Shown: positions 31,761-43,154, numbered from the stretch's first letter. The stretch: DNA of 64,000 bases from an uncultured Desulfobacterales bacterium (GCA_964633115.1 CAZWEO010000001.1:78162-142161), one strand, 5' to 3'. Numbers and translations: made by a program. Notes: a model not told the origin generated them from the sequence alone.

Positions 31761-33152
31761 TTATAGTTTTACGGTGATGTAGTACCCCTGCCCCCCCCGC
31801 TGCACCAGTACCACCAAGCTTTTTTTATGGCGACTCTTGATGATGGCCTTTGTAAAATCTCGCGTGTCCGAAATTTTCTGATCATCTAGCTGGCGAATGA
31901 CATCGCCAACTTCAACACCGATTTCGGCCAATTGAGAATTAGGATCGATTTCAGATATCATTACACCGGTTTTGGCGGAGATTCGATTGCGCTGGCGGTT
32001 GCGAACAGAAAGATTTTTAACCGATATGCCTAATACGCGTGAAATTAATTCAGGCGCCCGTTTTTCTGGAAAAACCCTCGTTACCAGTGAAACCATTTTT
32101 TGTTGGGTGCCGCGTTGAATATTTATCTTGATTGTAGAACCCACAGAAAAATTCTTAAGCGCCTGATGGTAATCTTCCATAGAACGGATGGGAATCTCGT
32201 TCATGGACAATATGATATCCTCCTTGCGGATTCCGGACCTGATCGCCGGGCTGTCGGATTCAATCTGCTTGACCATCACCCCCTTACCCTGGGGAACCTT
32301 TAGATAATAGGCCAGTCCTTCATCGAGATTTTGCAGGATCAGTCCGGTCCAGGAAAGCACCACTTCGCCATATTGAATTAAATCGGTGACAATCCGCTGG
32401 GCCTTGTTGATGGGGATGGCAAAGCCGATACCTTGGGCTTTGGCGTAAATTGCTGTGTTGATTCCGATTAAATCACCGTGGATATTTAGCAAGGGGCCGC
32501 CGCTATTTCCGGGGTTGATGGATGCATCGGTTTGAATAAAATCACGATAGACAACATCCTCTGTCCGGACACTTCGGTTAAGCGCACTGATGACACCGGT
32601 CGTGACGGTATGCGAAAATCCAAATGGATTGCCGATGGCAATCACAGTTTCACCAATCATGAGGTCTTGGGAATCGCCCATTTCAATGGCTGGCAGATCT
32701 TCTGCAGCATCGAGCTTTAGTACAGCTAAATCAGAATCAAGATCAATACCGATGATTTGGGCCTGAAATTCACGTTCATCCTTGAGTACCACGGATACGG
32801 CTTGGGCATGTGTAACCACATGCGCGTTTGTGAGAATGAACCCGCGTTTACCATCGATGATGACGCCCGAGCCGAGGCTAGAGCGTTTTTGGCGACGGTC
32901 ATAACCAGGATCAAAAAAATCTTTAAAAAAGGAATCGAAAAAAGGATCCATTCCAAAGCCCGAAAAAGGGCTGGTTCGAGAGCGAACCTGATATTCGGAA
33001 TTGATATTGACCACCGCCGGAGCGACCTTTTGAATGGCTTCTACAACCGCGTCACGACGATCCAGCTCATGGGCGCCGAGGGCCAAGGGTAAACCCCCGA
33101 CCAGGATCCCTATCCAGATAAACAGTTTGAAATTTAACGCTAATTTTTGCAT
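31761..33152 (-). CDS. degP: Periplasmic serine endoprotease, DegP/HtrA family (2 PDZ)
   Basis: 463 aa with a signal peptide. Catalytic blocks TNAHVV, DLAVLK, GNSGGPL. Two PDZ-like C-terminal domains. Confidence 0.9.
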   Translation of the reverse strand: MQKLALNFKLFIWIGILVGGLPLALGAHELDRRDAVVEAIQKVAPAVVNINSEYQVRSRTSPFSGFGMDPFFDSFFKDFFDPGYDRRQKRSSLGSGVIIDGKRGFILTNAHVVTHAQAVSVVLKDEREFQAQIIGIDLDSDLAVLKLDAAEDLPAIEMGDSQDLMIGETVIAIGNPFGFSHTVTTGVISALNRSVRTEDVVYRDFIQTDASINPGNSGGPLLNIHGDLIGINTAIYAKAQGIGFAIPINKAQRIVTDLIQYGEVVLSWTGLILQNLDEGLAYYLKVPQGKGVMVKQIESDSPAIRSGIRKEDIILSMNEIPIRSMEDYHQALKNFSVGSTIKINIQRGTQQKMVSLVTRVFPEKRAPELISRVLGISVKNLSVRNRQRNRISAKTGVMISEIDPNSQLAEIGVEVGDVIRQLDDQKISDTRDFTKAIIKSRHKKSLVVLVQRGGQGYYITVKL

Positions 33153-33346
33153 AATTCCGATTCGTGAATAAATATTGCCCCCAAGGGGTTAATATTTATG
33201 TATCCCTTTGCAGGGACCTGGTTACCTTTCCTCTAATGAAAACAATTTGATCAGTATAATTGACTATTTACATTTTGAGCTCTAGGTTATGCCCGATAAT
33301 TTTGCAACAATTTTACTATAAGTACGTTTTGATCAAATAACATACC

Positions 33347-35878
33347 ATGGCCATAAAAAGCATACAAGATATCTTGCCGCTGGTGGATCATCCCAGTCGC
33401 TACTTGGGTACAGAGGTCAACACCCAGCCCAAAGATCTGGCCGAGAGCCAAATAAAAATAGCCTTGGCCTTTCCAGATCTTTATGAAATCGGCACCTCTC
33501 ACTTTGGCTTGCAGATTCTGTATCATATCTTGAACCAGCAGCCAGAAATTGCCGCTGAAAGAGTTTATGCGCCAGCCGAGGATATGGAATCCAAGCTGCG
33601 TACATCGGGTTTGCCCTTGGTTTCACTGGAGTCGCGCCATCCACTTAACCAATTTGATATTATTGGTTTTAGTCTGCTTTACGAGTTGAATTTTACCAAT
33701 ATGCTGAACATGTTGGATCTGGCGGGGATCCCCCTGCGCGCCTCTCAAAGGACAGATTCGAATCCGATCATTATTGCTGGTGGTCCCTGTGTCAGCAATC
33801 CTGAACCGATAAGCGCATTTTTCGATGCCATTGTGATTGGGGAAGGGGAGCAGGTCATCCTGGAGATGACCGATATTTGGAAGCAATTAAGCCAAGGCCA
33901 TAAACCCGTTAAACAGGCGCTTCTAGAAAAATGGTCACAAATCGAAAGTGTCTACGTGCCCTCGCTTTACAATGTTTCCTATGATGCTAATGGCCTCCAG
34001 CGTACTCAGCCCATGAATATCGGTCCATATCAGCAAAAGGCGCCGGATAAAATCAAGCGTGCGATTGTCAGTGATCTCAACCTTGCTGCGTTTCCGGATC
34101 GGCCTTTGGTTCCGTTTGGTAAGCCAGTTCATGATCGTTTGCGTTTAGAGATCGCCCGAGGATGCACCCGTGGATGCCGATTTTGCCAGGCAGGCATGAT
34201 TTACCGCCCGGTCCGGGAACGTTCCATGAACAACCTGCTGGAACTATCGTCGCGATGCTTGCGGCAGACCGGCTATGAGGATCTGTCGTTGCTCTCCTTG
34301 AGTACCAGCGACTACAGTCAGATTTCCCCCTTGATACACGCCTTGATGCAGCGCTATTCATCAGATCACATATCCGTCTCATTGCCATCCTTTAGAGCGG
34401 GTACCTTGGCACCCGAACTGATGCAAGCCATACAAAAAGTTCGCAAAACCGGATTTACCATCGCACCCGAAGCCGGCACCCAGCGTTTAAGAGATGTTAT
34501 CAATAAAAATATCAACGCTCAAGAAATCGAATCAACGGTTCAGAATGCTTTTGCGGCAGGCTGGCGGGTCATCAAACTCTATTTTATGGTGGGGCTACCA
34601 ACTGAAACCCAAGCAGACGTTCAGGGGATTGTGGATCTGGTCAAACATCTCAGGAAACTAAAGAGAGCCAATGGAAGCTATGGCAAATTGAACGTGAGTG
34701 TGGCCACATTTATACCCAAACCGCATACCCCTTTTCAGTGGGCCAAGCAACTTTCGCTTGAAGAATCCAGAGCCCGCATTGATTGGCTGCGGAACCGATT
34801 ACGACTACCGGGCGTACAGTTCAAGTGGCAAAATCCGGAGGTCAGCTTTCTGGAGGGCCTATGGGCCCGTGGTGAGCGACGACTTTCAGATTTATTGATG
34901 TGCGCTTTTAAAAATGGATGTCGATTTGATGGATGGAGCGACCGGTTTGAATTTGCCAAGTGGCAACAATCGTTTAGGGATGCAAATATCGATGTGGATT
35001 TTTATATGCGCCGCCAAAAAGAGCTAACAGAACCGTTGCCATGGGACCATATTGATGTGCGTGTTGATAAATCTTTTTTAATTGACGAGTGGCATCGGGC
35101 CCGCGACGGTCACCAGACCGATGATTGTCGCGAGGGCGACTGTCAACAATGCGGCGTCTGTGATTTTGAGACACTTGCTCCTAATATTTCAGAGCCCACC
35201 GGTCAATTGACGCAAGCTTCTAAGTCGCAAAATCCAGCATCGAAGCAACCAACATTTAAACTTAAATTAGTTTACCGCAAATCCGGACAAGCCAGATTTT
35301 TTGGTCATTTGGAATTAGCAAACATCATGACGCGCGCTTTCAGGCGGGCGGATATCCCTTTGGCCTATTCAAAGGGATTTCATCCCCTGCCCAAGCTTTC
35401 CTTTGCAGATCCATTGCCAATTGGAATGGTGGGGCTTGATGAGGTTTTGTTTGTGCTTATTCGTACCGAGATGTCTTGTGACGAGGTGGTCAGGCGTATG
35501 AATCAGGAACTACCAGATGGGTTGTCCATAAATGCATGTAAGTTCGTAGCGGATAAACATGCTATGCCAAGATCGGATGTGGATAATTATACCGTTATAT
35601 TGACGCAAGGCGAATTTAGTCAACAGCGACTCGATCGATTCTTGCAAAGCGAGCAAATGGAATTCCAGTATACCAATAAAAAGGGCGTATCCAAGCGTTT
35701 AGATTTAAAACGTGCTGTTTTAAGTATTGATTTAATTGAACCAAACAGATTACAATTATCAATTCGAAATCATGGAGGAAAACGAGTTCGACCCGCGATG
35801 GTGTTGCAACATGTTTTTGTTTTGCCGGAGGATCAAATCAGACAGGCATCCATAATCAAAGGGGATCACCATGTATAA
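33347..35878 (+). CDS. Radical SAM protein (B12-binding-like N-domain + radical SAM + DUF2344-like C-domain)
   Basis: 843 aa. CxxxCxxC in ARGCTRGCRFCQAGM. This long fused architecture is commonly found directly upstream of rng/rne. Confidence 0.85.
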   Translation: MAIKSIQDILPLVDHPSRYLGTEVNTQPKDLAESQIKIALAFPDLYEIGTSHFGLQILYHILNQQPEIAAERVYAPAEDMESKLRTSGLPLVSLESRHPLNQFDIIGFSLLYELNFTNMLNMLDLAGIPLRASQRTDSNPIIIAGGPCVSNPEPISAFFDAIVIGEGEQVILEMTDIWKQLSQGHKPVKQALLEKWSQIESVYVPSLYNVSYDANGLQRTQPMNIGPYQQKAPDKIKRAIVSDLNLAAFPDRPLVPFGKPVHDRLRLEIARGCTRGCRFCQAGMIYRPVRERSMNNLLELSSRCLRQTGYEDLSLLSLSTSDYSQISPLIHALMQRYSSDHISVSLPSFRAGTLAPELMQAIQKVRKTGFTIAPEAGTQRLRDVINKNINAQEIESTVQNAFAAGWRVIKLYFMVGLPTETQADVQGIVDLVKHLRKLKRANGSYGKLNVSVATFIPKPHTPFQWAKQLSLEESRARIDWLRNRLRLPGVQFKWQNPEVSFLEGLWARGERRLSDLLMCAFKNGCRFDGWSDRFEFAKWQQSFRDANIDVDFYMRRQKELTEPLPWDHIDVRVDKSFLIDEWHRARDGHQTDDCREGDCQQCGVCDFETLAPNISEPTGQLTQASKSQNPASKQPTFKLKLVYRKSGQARFFGHLELANIMTRAFRRADIPLAYSKGFHPLPKLSFADPLPIGMVGLDEVLFVLIRTEMSCDEVVRRMNQELPDGLSINACKFVADKHAMPRSDVDNYTVILTQGEFSQQRLDRFLQSEQMEFQYTNKKGVSKRLDLKRAVLSIDLIEPNRLQLSIRNHGGKRVRPAMVLQHVFVLPEDQIRQASIIKGDHHV

Positions 35879-37409
35879 ACAGATTGTCATCAACGTAGCC
35901 GAGCATGAAACACGGGTGGCGCTTCTGGAAGATGGGACCATTGCCGAGCTATTTATCGAACGAAACGATGGTCTCGATATTACCGGAAATGTTTACAAGG
36001 GACGCGTTCAGCGCGTATTGCCTGGCATGCAAGCAGCCTTTGTTGATATCGGCCTGGATCAGGCGGCCTTTATATACGTGGACGATGTTTTGAGTGACAA
36101 CCTAAAGGAAATGGAGCGCTATTTTAACGAACCGGGTACTGATGCTGGTGATGATGCGGACGAATTGGAGCATGAAGCCATAGATAGTAGCTATGCGCCC
36201 AAAACCTCAAATATCGAAGAGCTTATTACGGAAGGTCAGGAATTGCTGGTTCAGGTGGTTAAATCGCCCCTAGGAACCAAAGGCGCACGCATCTCCTCGC
36301 ATATATCATTACCGGGCCGCTTCTTGGTGTTGATGTCAACATCCAACCATATTGGGATTTCGAGACGGATTGAGGATCCGATTGAAAGAGAGCGTCTCAA
36401 AGAAATGGTGAGTGAGCTCAGAATTGACAATCTGGGCTATATCGTTCGAACAGCAGCTGAAGGCATTCAACAGGAAAAGCTATCCAACGAGATGAGTTTT
36501 CTGCGCAATATCTGGGAAGGTATCAAGAAAAAATACGAAACGGCTGCCTGCCCCAGTCTGATTCATCAGGAGCTATCGGTGAGCTTGCGGGCCGTGCGGG
36601 ATCTGTTGATTCAAGAAGCGGAAAAACTCGTGATTGATTCCAGGGAAGGGTATGAGTCGATTCTTTCTTTTTTGAATACTTTTATGCCCAGCTTGAAGGA
36701 ATCGGTAGAATGCTATGATGGCATGGAATCGATTTTTGAGGCCTACAATCTGGAGGGTGATATATCACGCGCCCTAAAACGTAAAGTGTGGTTAAAATCG
36801 GGTGGTTATATTGTCATTGAGCATACTGAAGCCCTGGTTGCTATTGACGTGAACACGGGACGATACGTTGGGAAATACAATCTGGAAGAGACCATTACCA
36901 AAACCAATCTGGAAGCTGTAAAAGAAATCGCCTATCAGGTTCGATTGCGGGATATCGGCGGCATCATCATTATCGATTTTATCGATATGGAAAAAACATC
37001 CAACCAGGAAAAAGTGTTTAATGCCTTGCAGGAGGCCCTCAAAAAAGATCGCAGCAAAACCCATATCTTACCCATGTCCGAAATGGGTCTTATTCAGATG
37101 ACACGGAAACGTGTGCGCAAACCACTGACGCGGTTACTCTGTGAACCCTGCAGTTATTGTGATGGAGAAGGCTACCTGGTATCGCGTAAAACCATTAGCT
37201 ATAATATATATCGCTCTGTGTTGAAGGAAGCTGCCAATATGGTTGGCAACCGTTTTACCGTAAGAGTTAATCCAGAGATCGCCGAATTACTGTACGGTGA
37301 AGAAAACTCACTGATCGGATCTCTTGAAAAGAAAATCGGAAAACGGGTGGTCATATACCCCAACCCCAAATTCCACATGGAAGAGTATGATATCTTGGAA
37401 AGTATGTAG
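35871..37409 (+). CDS. rng: Ribonuclease G/E family endoribonuclease
   Basis: 512 aa. S1 domain (GNVYKGRVQRVLPGMQAAFVDIG), catalytic core (AIDVNTG, IIIDFIDM), and a CPxCxGxG-like Zn-link motif CEPCSYCDGEG. Confidence 0.9.
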   Translation: MYKQIVINVAEHETRVALLEDGTIAELFIERNDGLDITGNVYKGRVQRVLPGMQAAFVDIGLDQAAFIYVDDVLSDNLKEMERYFNEPGTDAGDDADELEHEAIDSSYAPKTSNIEELITEGQELLVQVVKSPLGTKGARISSHISLPGRFLVLMSTSNHIGISRRIEDPIERERLKEMVSELRIDNLGYIVRTAAEGIQQEKLSNEMSFLRNIWEGIKKKYETAACPSLIHQELSVSLRAVRDLLIQEAEKLVIDSREGYESILSFLNTFMPSLKESVECYDGMESIFEAYNLEGDISRALKRKVWLKSGGYIVIEHTEALVAIDVNTGRYVGKYNLEETITKTNLEAVKEIAYQVRLRDIGGIIIIDFIDMEKTSNQEKVFNALQEALKKDRSKTHILPMSEMGLIQMTRKRVRKPLTRLLCEPCSYCDGEGYLVSRKTISYNIYRSVLKEAANMVGNRFTVRVNPEIAELLYGEENSLIGSLEKKIGKRVVIYPNPKFHMEEYDILESM

Positions 37410-37612
37410 GCAAAAAAGTTGTGTTGACAAATATTAAAAGATATGATTCTGTTTTTTGGTTAAACATATTGACAATAAACGTTGCATGACTTTATGAGTT
37501 AAAAAAAGAATATCGGTGTAAATACAGGCCGATACATGACTTGGACCTAGGCCCGATTTTGAGGGTTGCCTCCGAGTCGAAAAAATAAAAAATATAATAG
37601 AGGTAATTACCA

Positions 37613-37747
37613 ATGAAGCGAACATTTCAGCCAAGCAATACAAAGCGTGCCAGAAAGCATGGCTTTTTAAAAAGGATGTCCACAAAGGCAGGCAGAAGAA
37701 TTATTAACAGAAGACGACAAAAAGGTAGAAAGCGGCTGGCAGTTTAG
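37613..37747 (+). CDS. rpmH: 50S ribosomal protein L34
   Basis: Absent from the ORF track (44 codons). Translation [44 protein letters not shown] is a near-consensus L34. Sits upstream of rnpA as usual. Confidence 0.95.
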   Translation: MKRTFQPSNTKRARKHGFLKRMSTKAGRRIINRRRQKGRKRLAV

Positions 37748-37853
37748 ACGCTATCCAGCGTACGTATCAACGATTTGTCAGAAAGGATTGATCACCAGGG
37801 AAACAGCTTGTTTGGCGGAATAAGAACTCCGATGGGTTACGGGAATATTTCTG

Positions 37854-38210
37854 TTGAGCAACTACGCATATACCAAGACGGATAGGCTACGAAAGCGAAC
37901 TGAATATTTACATGTTTCTCAACATGGAAAAAAAGTGCAGAATCGACACTTTTTGGCCTACTACAGTCCCAATAATGAGAACGCATCACGTCTTGGTATC
38001 ACCGTAACAAAGCGGATCGGAAACGCGGTCACAAGGAACAGAATCAAAAGAATAGTTCGCGAGTACTTCCGGCTGAACCAAAAAGAGGCGCAGCCATCTC
38101 TTGATATAAATGTCATCGCGAAAAAACATGCCGTAGCAACAACATCAGCAAGTTTATTCTATTCCTTGAGCGACCTGTTTGATAAGATTAAAAGGGATTG
38201 CCGTCATTAG
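37854..38210 (+). CDS. rnpA: Ribonuclease P protein component
   Basis: 118 aa with TTG start. RnpA blocks [25 protein letters not shown]. Confidence 0.9.
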   Translation: MSNYAYTKTDRLRKRTEYLHVSQHGKKVQNRHFLAYYSPNNENASRLGITVTKRIGNAVTRNRIKRIVREYFRLNQKEAQPSLDINVIAKKHAVATTSASLFYSLSDLFDKIKRDCRH

Positions 38211-38415
38211 GTATTTTTTGTTATTTATTATAAAGAGCTACCAATATAGCCTTTCACCGATTTTGGGACTACAATGCCGGTTTTGGCCGAGTTGCTCTGC
38301 ATATTCTTATGAGGCCATTGATCGATACGGCAGCTTCAAAGGTCTATCCCTTTCAATCAAACGCATATTGAAATGCCATCCGTATCATCCTGGCGGCTAT
38401 GATCCCGTACCATGA
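38179..38415 (+). CDS. yidD: Membrane protein insertion efficiency factor YidD
   Basis: 78 aa. YQYSLSP...[15 protein letters not shown]...[13 protein letters not shown]. Start codon uncertain (TTG 38179 overlaps rnpA). Confidence 0.85.
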   Translation: MIRLKGIAVIRYFLLFIIKSYQYSLSPILGLQCRFWPSCSAYSYEAIDRYGSFKGLSLSIKRILKCHPYHPGGYDPVP

Positions 38416-38552
38416 TCGAGCCATCGGTTTGACGGTACTCATCCGCTCCCTCGGTGCCATTCTGCAATATACTTCCCTAATCCAATCTGTCGCTGACACG
38501 TCAACTGGTGTTGCTTGCGCTTGAGGCCAGTAACACCCATTAGGAGATAATC

Positions 38553-40223
38553 ATGGAGCAAGCTCGTGTATTGATTGCAATCGTGCTTTCATTTGCAGTG
38601 TTTTTTGTGTGGAATTTATTCTTTACGGAGGACTCGCCCCCCAAGGAACCGGCAACTGAACCGGCAATACAGGAGACCAAAAAAGGGACCACAACACCCA
38701 TCGAAACACCGGCGCCGGAAATTAAAACCGCCGAGCCGCCAGTGGTTGTTCAACCCGTCGTGCCCACCGTGACCACGGGTTCGGAGTCACGCGTTCTTCA
38801 GGTGGAATCTCCTTTGTACTCAATTGCCATTAATGAACGCGGTGCAGTCTTTCAAAGCTACGTTCTTAAGCAATATCGTGAAGAAATGGCTGCGGATGCA
38901 CCGTATAAGGAGCTTATAGACTCGTCCGCCAGCCAAGATATGTTGGGTTTGTCATTGGTTGGGAATAGCATTCTTGGGTTAGACCAGGCCGTGTTTGCGG
39001 CCGTGGAGACAGCTGACAAACTAGATGTATTCGAAGACGAAAAGCAGCTTACCTTTCTGTGGGCTTCAGAATCAGGCGTTCAAATCGAAAAAAAATATAC
39101 ATTTCAGCCGGATAGTTATCTGATTCAAATGGCGGTGGCGATCCGCAATGGATCCGGTCAGGCAATTGTCGACAAGCTCGTGCTGGGCATGAAAAATGAC
39201 GCGGCGTCAGAAAAAGCCGGATATTCATTCAGTGGCCCCAGTGCAATGATTGACAATAAACTGGAGCAAGTTAAAGAAAAGAAAATAAAGGATCAAAGCG
39301 AATATCCTGGTAATATCAAGTGGTTAGCCATTGTGGATCGCTACTTTATGAAAGGGATAATGCCCAAAGAAGAAACCCAGGGCGCCATGAAACTTTCCTT
39401 GGACGACAAGGGTGTGTTGGGTTGTCGCTTTATCGGTCCCGACCGGACTATCCAGCCAGGCACACAAGCTACATACGAATATGAAATCTTTTTCGGGCCA
39501 AAAAGCATGGCGGTCTTGAAGGAAGCTGGCCATGATCTTAACAGGGCGCTTGATTTCGGAATGTTTGATTTTATCGCCAAGCCACTCCTGTGGTTCATGA
39601 ACTTTATCTACAGCCTGATTCCCAACTATGGCATTGCCATTATTATGTTGACCATATTGACCAAAATTGTCTTATGGCCACTGGGATCCAAGAGCTATAA
39701 GTCCATGAGCGAAATGAAGCGCTTGCAGCCATTAATGGGCGAGATCCGTGAAAAATACAAAAACGACAAAAAGCAGATGAATCAGGAGATTATGTCCCTG
39801 TACCGAACCTACAAGATCAATCCCATGGGCGGGTGCCTTCCCATGGTTATGCAGATTCCGGTCTTTTTTGCTTTGTATCGCATGCTATACCAGGCCATCG
39901 AGCTTCGGCATGCGCCTTTCTTTTTATGGATAAACGATTTGTCGGCTCCGGACCGCTTATTTAATTTTGGTTTCTCGATACCTTTTATGCAGCCGCCTTA
40001 TGGGTTCCCCGTGTTGACGGTCATTATGGGTGCAACCATGCTGCTGCAGCAAAAAATGTCACCCCCCCCCGGAGACCCGACCCAGGCGAAAATGATGATG
40101 CTCATGCCAATCGTTTTCACCTTTATTTTTATCAATTTTTCGTCGGGGCTTGTACTCTACTGGCTAATCAACAATGTTCTATCCATTGGTCAGCAATTTT
40201 ACATTCAGAAAAAGTATGCATAA
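38553..40223 (+). CDS. yidC: Membrane protein insertase YidC
   Basis: 556 aa with an N-terminal anchor, a large periplasmic domain, and the conserved C-terminal 5-TM core (GCLPMVMQIPVFFALY, SGLVLYW). Confidence 0.95.
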   Translation: MEQARVLIAIVLSFAVFFVWNLFFTEDSPPKEPATEPAIQETKKGTTTPIETPAPEIKTAEPPVVVQPVVPTVTTGSESRVLQVESPLYSIAINERGAVFQSYVLKQYREEMAADAPYKELIDSSASQDMLGLSLVGNSILGLDQAVFAAVETADKLDVFEDEKQLTFLWASESGVQIEKKYTFQPDSYLIQMAVAIRNGSGQAIVDKLVLGMKNDAASEKAGYSFSGPSAMIDNKLEQVKEKKIKDQSEYPGNIKWLAIVDRYFMKGIMPKEETQGAMKLSLDDKGVLGCRFIGPDRTIQPGTQATYEYEIFFGPKSMAVLKEAGHDLNRALDFGMFDFIAKPLLWFMNFIYSLIPNYGIAIIMLTILTKIVLWPLGSKSYKSMSEMKRLQPLMGEIREKYKNDKKQMNQEIMSLYRTYKINPMGGCLPMVMQIPVFFALYRMLYQAIELRHAPFFLWINDLSAPDRLFNFGFSIPFMQPPYGFPVLTVIMGATMLLQQKMSPPPGDPTQAKMMMLMPIVFTFIFINFSSGLVLYWLINNVLSIGQQFYIQKKYA

Positions 40224-40238
40224 CAATGGAGGCAGACC

Positions 40239-41015
40239 ATGTCCCCTGTATTGGAATTCGAAGACAAAAGCGTGGAGAAGGCCATTCAGAAGGCCAGCCA
40301 GAAGCTGGATATTCCAGCCAACAAACTTGAACATGACGTCATTTCGCATGGCTCCAGCGGCATTTTTGGCCTGGTTGGATCAAAAAAGGCCAAGATTCGG
40401 GTTGTCGTACCGGAGGAACATTCGGATAGTCCCAGAATCCCAGAGACCAACGACATATCGGAAACAGAGGATCAAGGCGTGGATTCCATTGTAGACGAGG
40501 CTTTTGGAAAGGTGTCCACTACCAATATATCTGATACGGATCTTAATCTGGGGAAAGACGTTTTGCAAAAGATGGTCGATCTGATCACAACAGATGCGAC
40601 AATTAGCATGCAAACGGCAAACGGTAAGATTCTATACGAAGTCAAAGGCGGCAATGCTGCGGTTCTGATCGGTAAACGGGGCCAAACTCTCGAAGCCATG
40701 CAATATTTGGTGGAAAAGATTATCAATAAACAGAACCAAAAACGTATTCGCGTTGAAGTGGATGTGGAAGGATATTTGCAGAATCGACGCGAGCGGCTGG
40801 AAAGTTTGGCTTTACGTTTTAGCGCCAAAGTGAAAAAAACCGGCCGACCACTAACCGCGGGTCAATTCAATGCCCATGATCGCCGTATCATCCATATCAC
40901 CTTGAAAGAGGACCGCGACGTACGAACCCACAGCGTAGGCGAAGGATATTATCGCAAGCTTAAAATTTATCCAAAAAAGAAACGACGGAAAAAATCCAAC
41001 CCAAATAGCACCTAG
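40239..41015 (+). CDS. jag: Jag/KhpB RNA-binding protein (Jag_N + KH + R3H)
   Basis: 258 aa. LIGKRGQTLEAMQYL (KH) and the HDRRIIHITL region (R3H). Conserved position after yidC. Confidence 0.85.
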   Translation: MSPVLEFEDKSVEKAIQKASQKLDIPANKLEHDVISHGSSGIFGLVGSKKAKIRVVVPEEHSDSPRIPETNDISETEDQGVDSIVDEAFGKVSTTNISDTDLNLGKDVLQKMVDLITTDATISMQTANGKILYEVKGGNAAVLIGKRGQTLEAMQYLVEKIINKQNQKRIRVEVDVEGYLQNRRERLESLALRFSAKVKKTGRPLTAGQFNAHDRRIIHITLKEDRDVRTHSVGEGYYRKLKIYPKKKRRKKSNPNST

Positions 41016-41022
41016 CGCATCC

Positions 41023-42426
41023 ATGACTAAAACAACCATAGCGGCCATCTCCACGCCTTATGGCTCCGGCGGCATCGGTATTATTCGCGTATCAGGGGAT
41101 CAATCTATTCAAATTCTGGAAGCGTTATTTGAAAAAAGCGGTTGCAGAGATGGTGACACCGTCCCTGTAATCGATCGTCTGGAATCACACCGCTTTTACC
41201 ATGGATATATTCGGGACTCACAAACAGGGCAACGCGTTGATGAAGTTCTGGTGGTGGCCATGCTGGGACCGCGATCCTATACGCGTGAGGATGTTGTTGA
41301 AATCCATTCTCATTCCGGTCCGGTTGTGTTGGGCAAAATCTTTGAACAGGTGATTAATCGAGGGGCCGCCATTGCCGAACCGGGTGAATTTACCAAGCGG
41401 GCCTTTCTCAACGGTCGTATCGATTTAACCCAGGCCGAAGCGGTAATCGATATTATCCAAGCCAAATCCGAGACAGCCCTACAGATAGCCAATCATCAAT
41501 TAGCAGGCGGGTTAACCCAAAAAATAGATCCAATTAGAGAGGCTCTGCAATCGATTCGGGTGTTAGTTGAAGCAGCCATTGATTTTCCTGAAGACATCGA
41601 AGAAAGTGTAAAAACCCAATCGATTCAGGACGAGCTGGAACTTGATGTCATCGCCAAGATTGATCAGATTTTGGGCGACTATAAGGCGGATCATTATTTC
41701 CGGGATGGCGTTAAAATGGCCGTTATTGGGCGGCCGAATGTAGGCAAGTCCAGCTTAATGAATCGCTTGATTGATCGCGATCGGGCGATTGTAACCGCCA
41801 TACCGGGAACCACGCGCGATGTTATTGAAGAAGTCATTCATATTAAGGGGCTTCCCATTGTGATCATGGATACCGCTGGATTGCATACCGCCAGCGGTGA
41901 GGTTGAAAAGATCGGTATGCAAAAGACACAGCAATCTATTCAGGATGCGGATATCGTCCTTTTTATGATTGATGCCAGTATGGATATTTCGTCAGAAGAT
42001 AATGAGATATATGTGCAAATTGAAAATAAAAAACATTTAATCGTTTACAATAAGATCGATTTGATCCTGGCTGATCAAGAGCAGATCATTTCAACCATGT
42101 GGAAGGATCATGCCGTTGTACGTATTTCGGCACTTAATGGAACCAATCTGGACCAGCTCAAAAGGAAACTATGGTCCCTGGTGGTAGGCAAAACAGGACT
42201 CGACCGAGAAATTGGGGTCGTACCCAACATGCGGCACAAAAAGCAACTGGAAACCTGTTTGGCCGCTGCTAAAAGAGCCAGACGCGCGATTAAAGAAGAG
42301 TTGCCAGCAGAATTGATTGCAACCGACATCATGGACGCCATCAAAACTTTGGGGGCTATTCTTGGCGAACAGTATCCATCGGATTTGCTGGATCAGATTT
42401 TCAGTCGATTCTGCATTGGGAAATAA
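41023..42426 (+). CDS. mnmE: tRNA modification GTPase MnmE
   Basis: 467 aa. TIAAISTP N-terminus, G domain [12 protein letters not shown] / DTAG, C-terminal FCIGK. Confidence 0.95.
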   Translation: MTKTTIAAISTPYGSGGIGIIRVSGDQSIQILEALFEKSGCRDGDTVPVIDRLESHRFYHGYIRDSQTGQRVDEVLVVAMLGPRSYTREDVVEIHSHSGPVVLGKIFEQVINRGAAIAEPGEFTKRAFLNGRIDLTQAEAVIDIIQAKSETALQIANHQLAGGLTQKIDPIREALQSIRVLVEAAIDFPEDIEESVKTQSIQDELELDVIAKIDQILGDYKADHYFRDGVKMAVIGRPNVGKSSLMNRLIDRDRAIVTAIPGTTRDVIEEVIHIKGLPIVIMDTAGLHTASGEVEKIGMQKTQQSIQDADIVLFMIDASMDISSEDNEIYVQIENKKHLIVYNKIDLILADQEQIISTMWKDHAVVRISALNGTNLDQLKRKLWSLVVGKTGLDREIGVVPNMRHKKQLETCLAAAKRARRAIKEELPAELIATDIMDAIKTLGAILGEQYPSDLLDQIFSRFCIGK

Positions 42427-42455
42427 TGTTCCACGTGGAACAAAAGGAGCAAGCT

Positions 42456-43154
42456 ATGAATTTAGAACCTTATTTTGAAAAATATGAGGCCTTGTTGAAA
42501 ACAGCTGATGAGCTATTTAAGCAAGTTGCCGAAAAACATCCGCAGGAGGTTAAGTGTAAGCAGGGCTGTGCGGATTGCTGTTATGCGCTTTTTGATTTAA
42601 CCTTGGTGGAGGCCCTCTACATGAAGCATCACTTTGACCGCTGCTTTGAGGGCTTGGAGCGTGAGAAACGATTGGAGATTGCAAATCGCGTTGATCGCCA
42701 ATTATATAAGATAAAACGAAAGGCCTACAAAGAACTGGAAGCAGGCCGGTCGGAAGAAGATATTTTAAATGACTTGGCTCAAGAAAAAGTTCGCTGTCCC
42801 TTGCTGAATGAACAGGATTCTTGTGATCTGTATGCCCATCGACCGATAACCTGTCGTTTTTATGGTATCCCTACATCCATAGCTGGTAAGGGCCATACAT
42901 GTGGATTGTCGGGGTTTGTGGAGGGCGAGGCTTATCCCACGGTTAAATTGGAGATAATACAAAATAAGCTTTATGAAATTTCCGCTGAGATCGTGCAGAA
43001 CATAAAATCGCACTACGCCCGAATGGGAGAGATGCTCGTACCGCTCTCCATGGCCCTGTTGACGGAATATGATGAAGAATATTTGGGTGTCAAAAGTGCA
43101 ACGGCCGAATCGGATGCAGACAAATCAGAAGAAACAGATCAAGCAAAAGAATAA
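42456..43154 (+). CDS. YkgJ-family Cys-cluster (CxxCxxCC) zinc/iron-chelating protein
   Basis: The ORF track starts at 42426. The ATG at 42456 has an AAGGAG RBS. Motif CKQGCADCC plus downstream C..C residues. Acidic C-terminal tail. Confidence 0.7.
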   Translation: MNLEPYFEKYEALLKTADELFKQVAEKHPQEVKCKQGCADCCYALFDLTLVEALYMKHHFDRCFEGLEREKRLEIANRVDRQLYKIKRKAYKELEAGRSEEDILNDLAQEKVRCPLLNEQDSCDLYAHRPITCRFYGIPTSIAGKGHTCGLSGFVEGEAYPTVKLEIIQNKLYEISAEIVQNIKSHYARMGEMLVPLSMALLTEYDEEYLGVKSATAESDADKSEETDQAKE

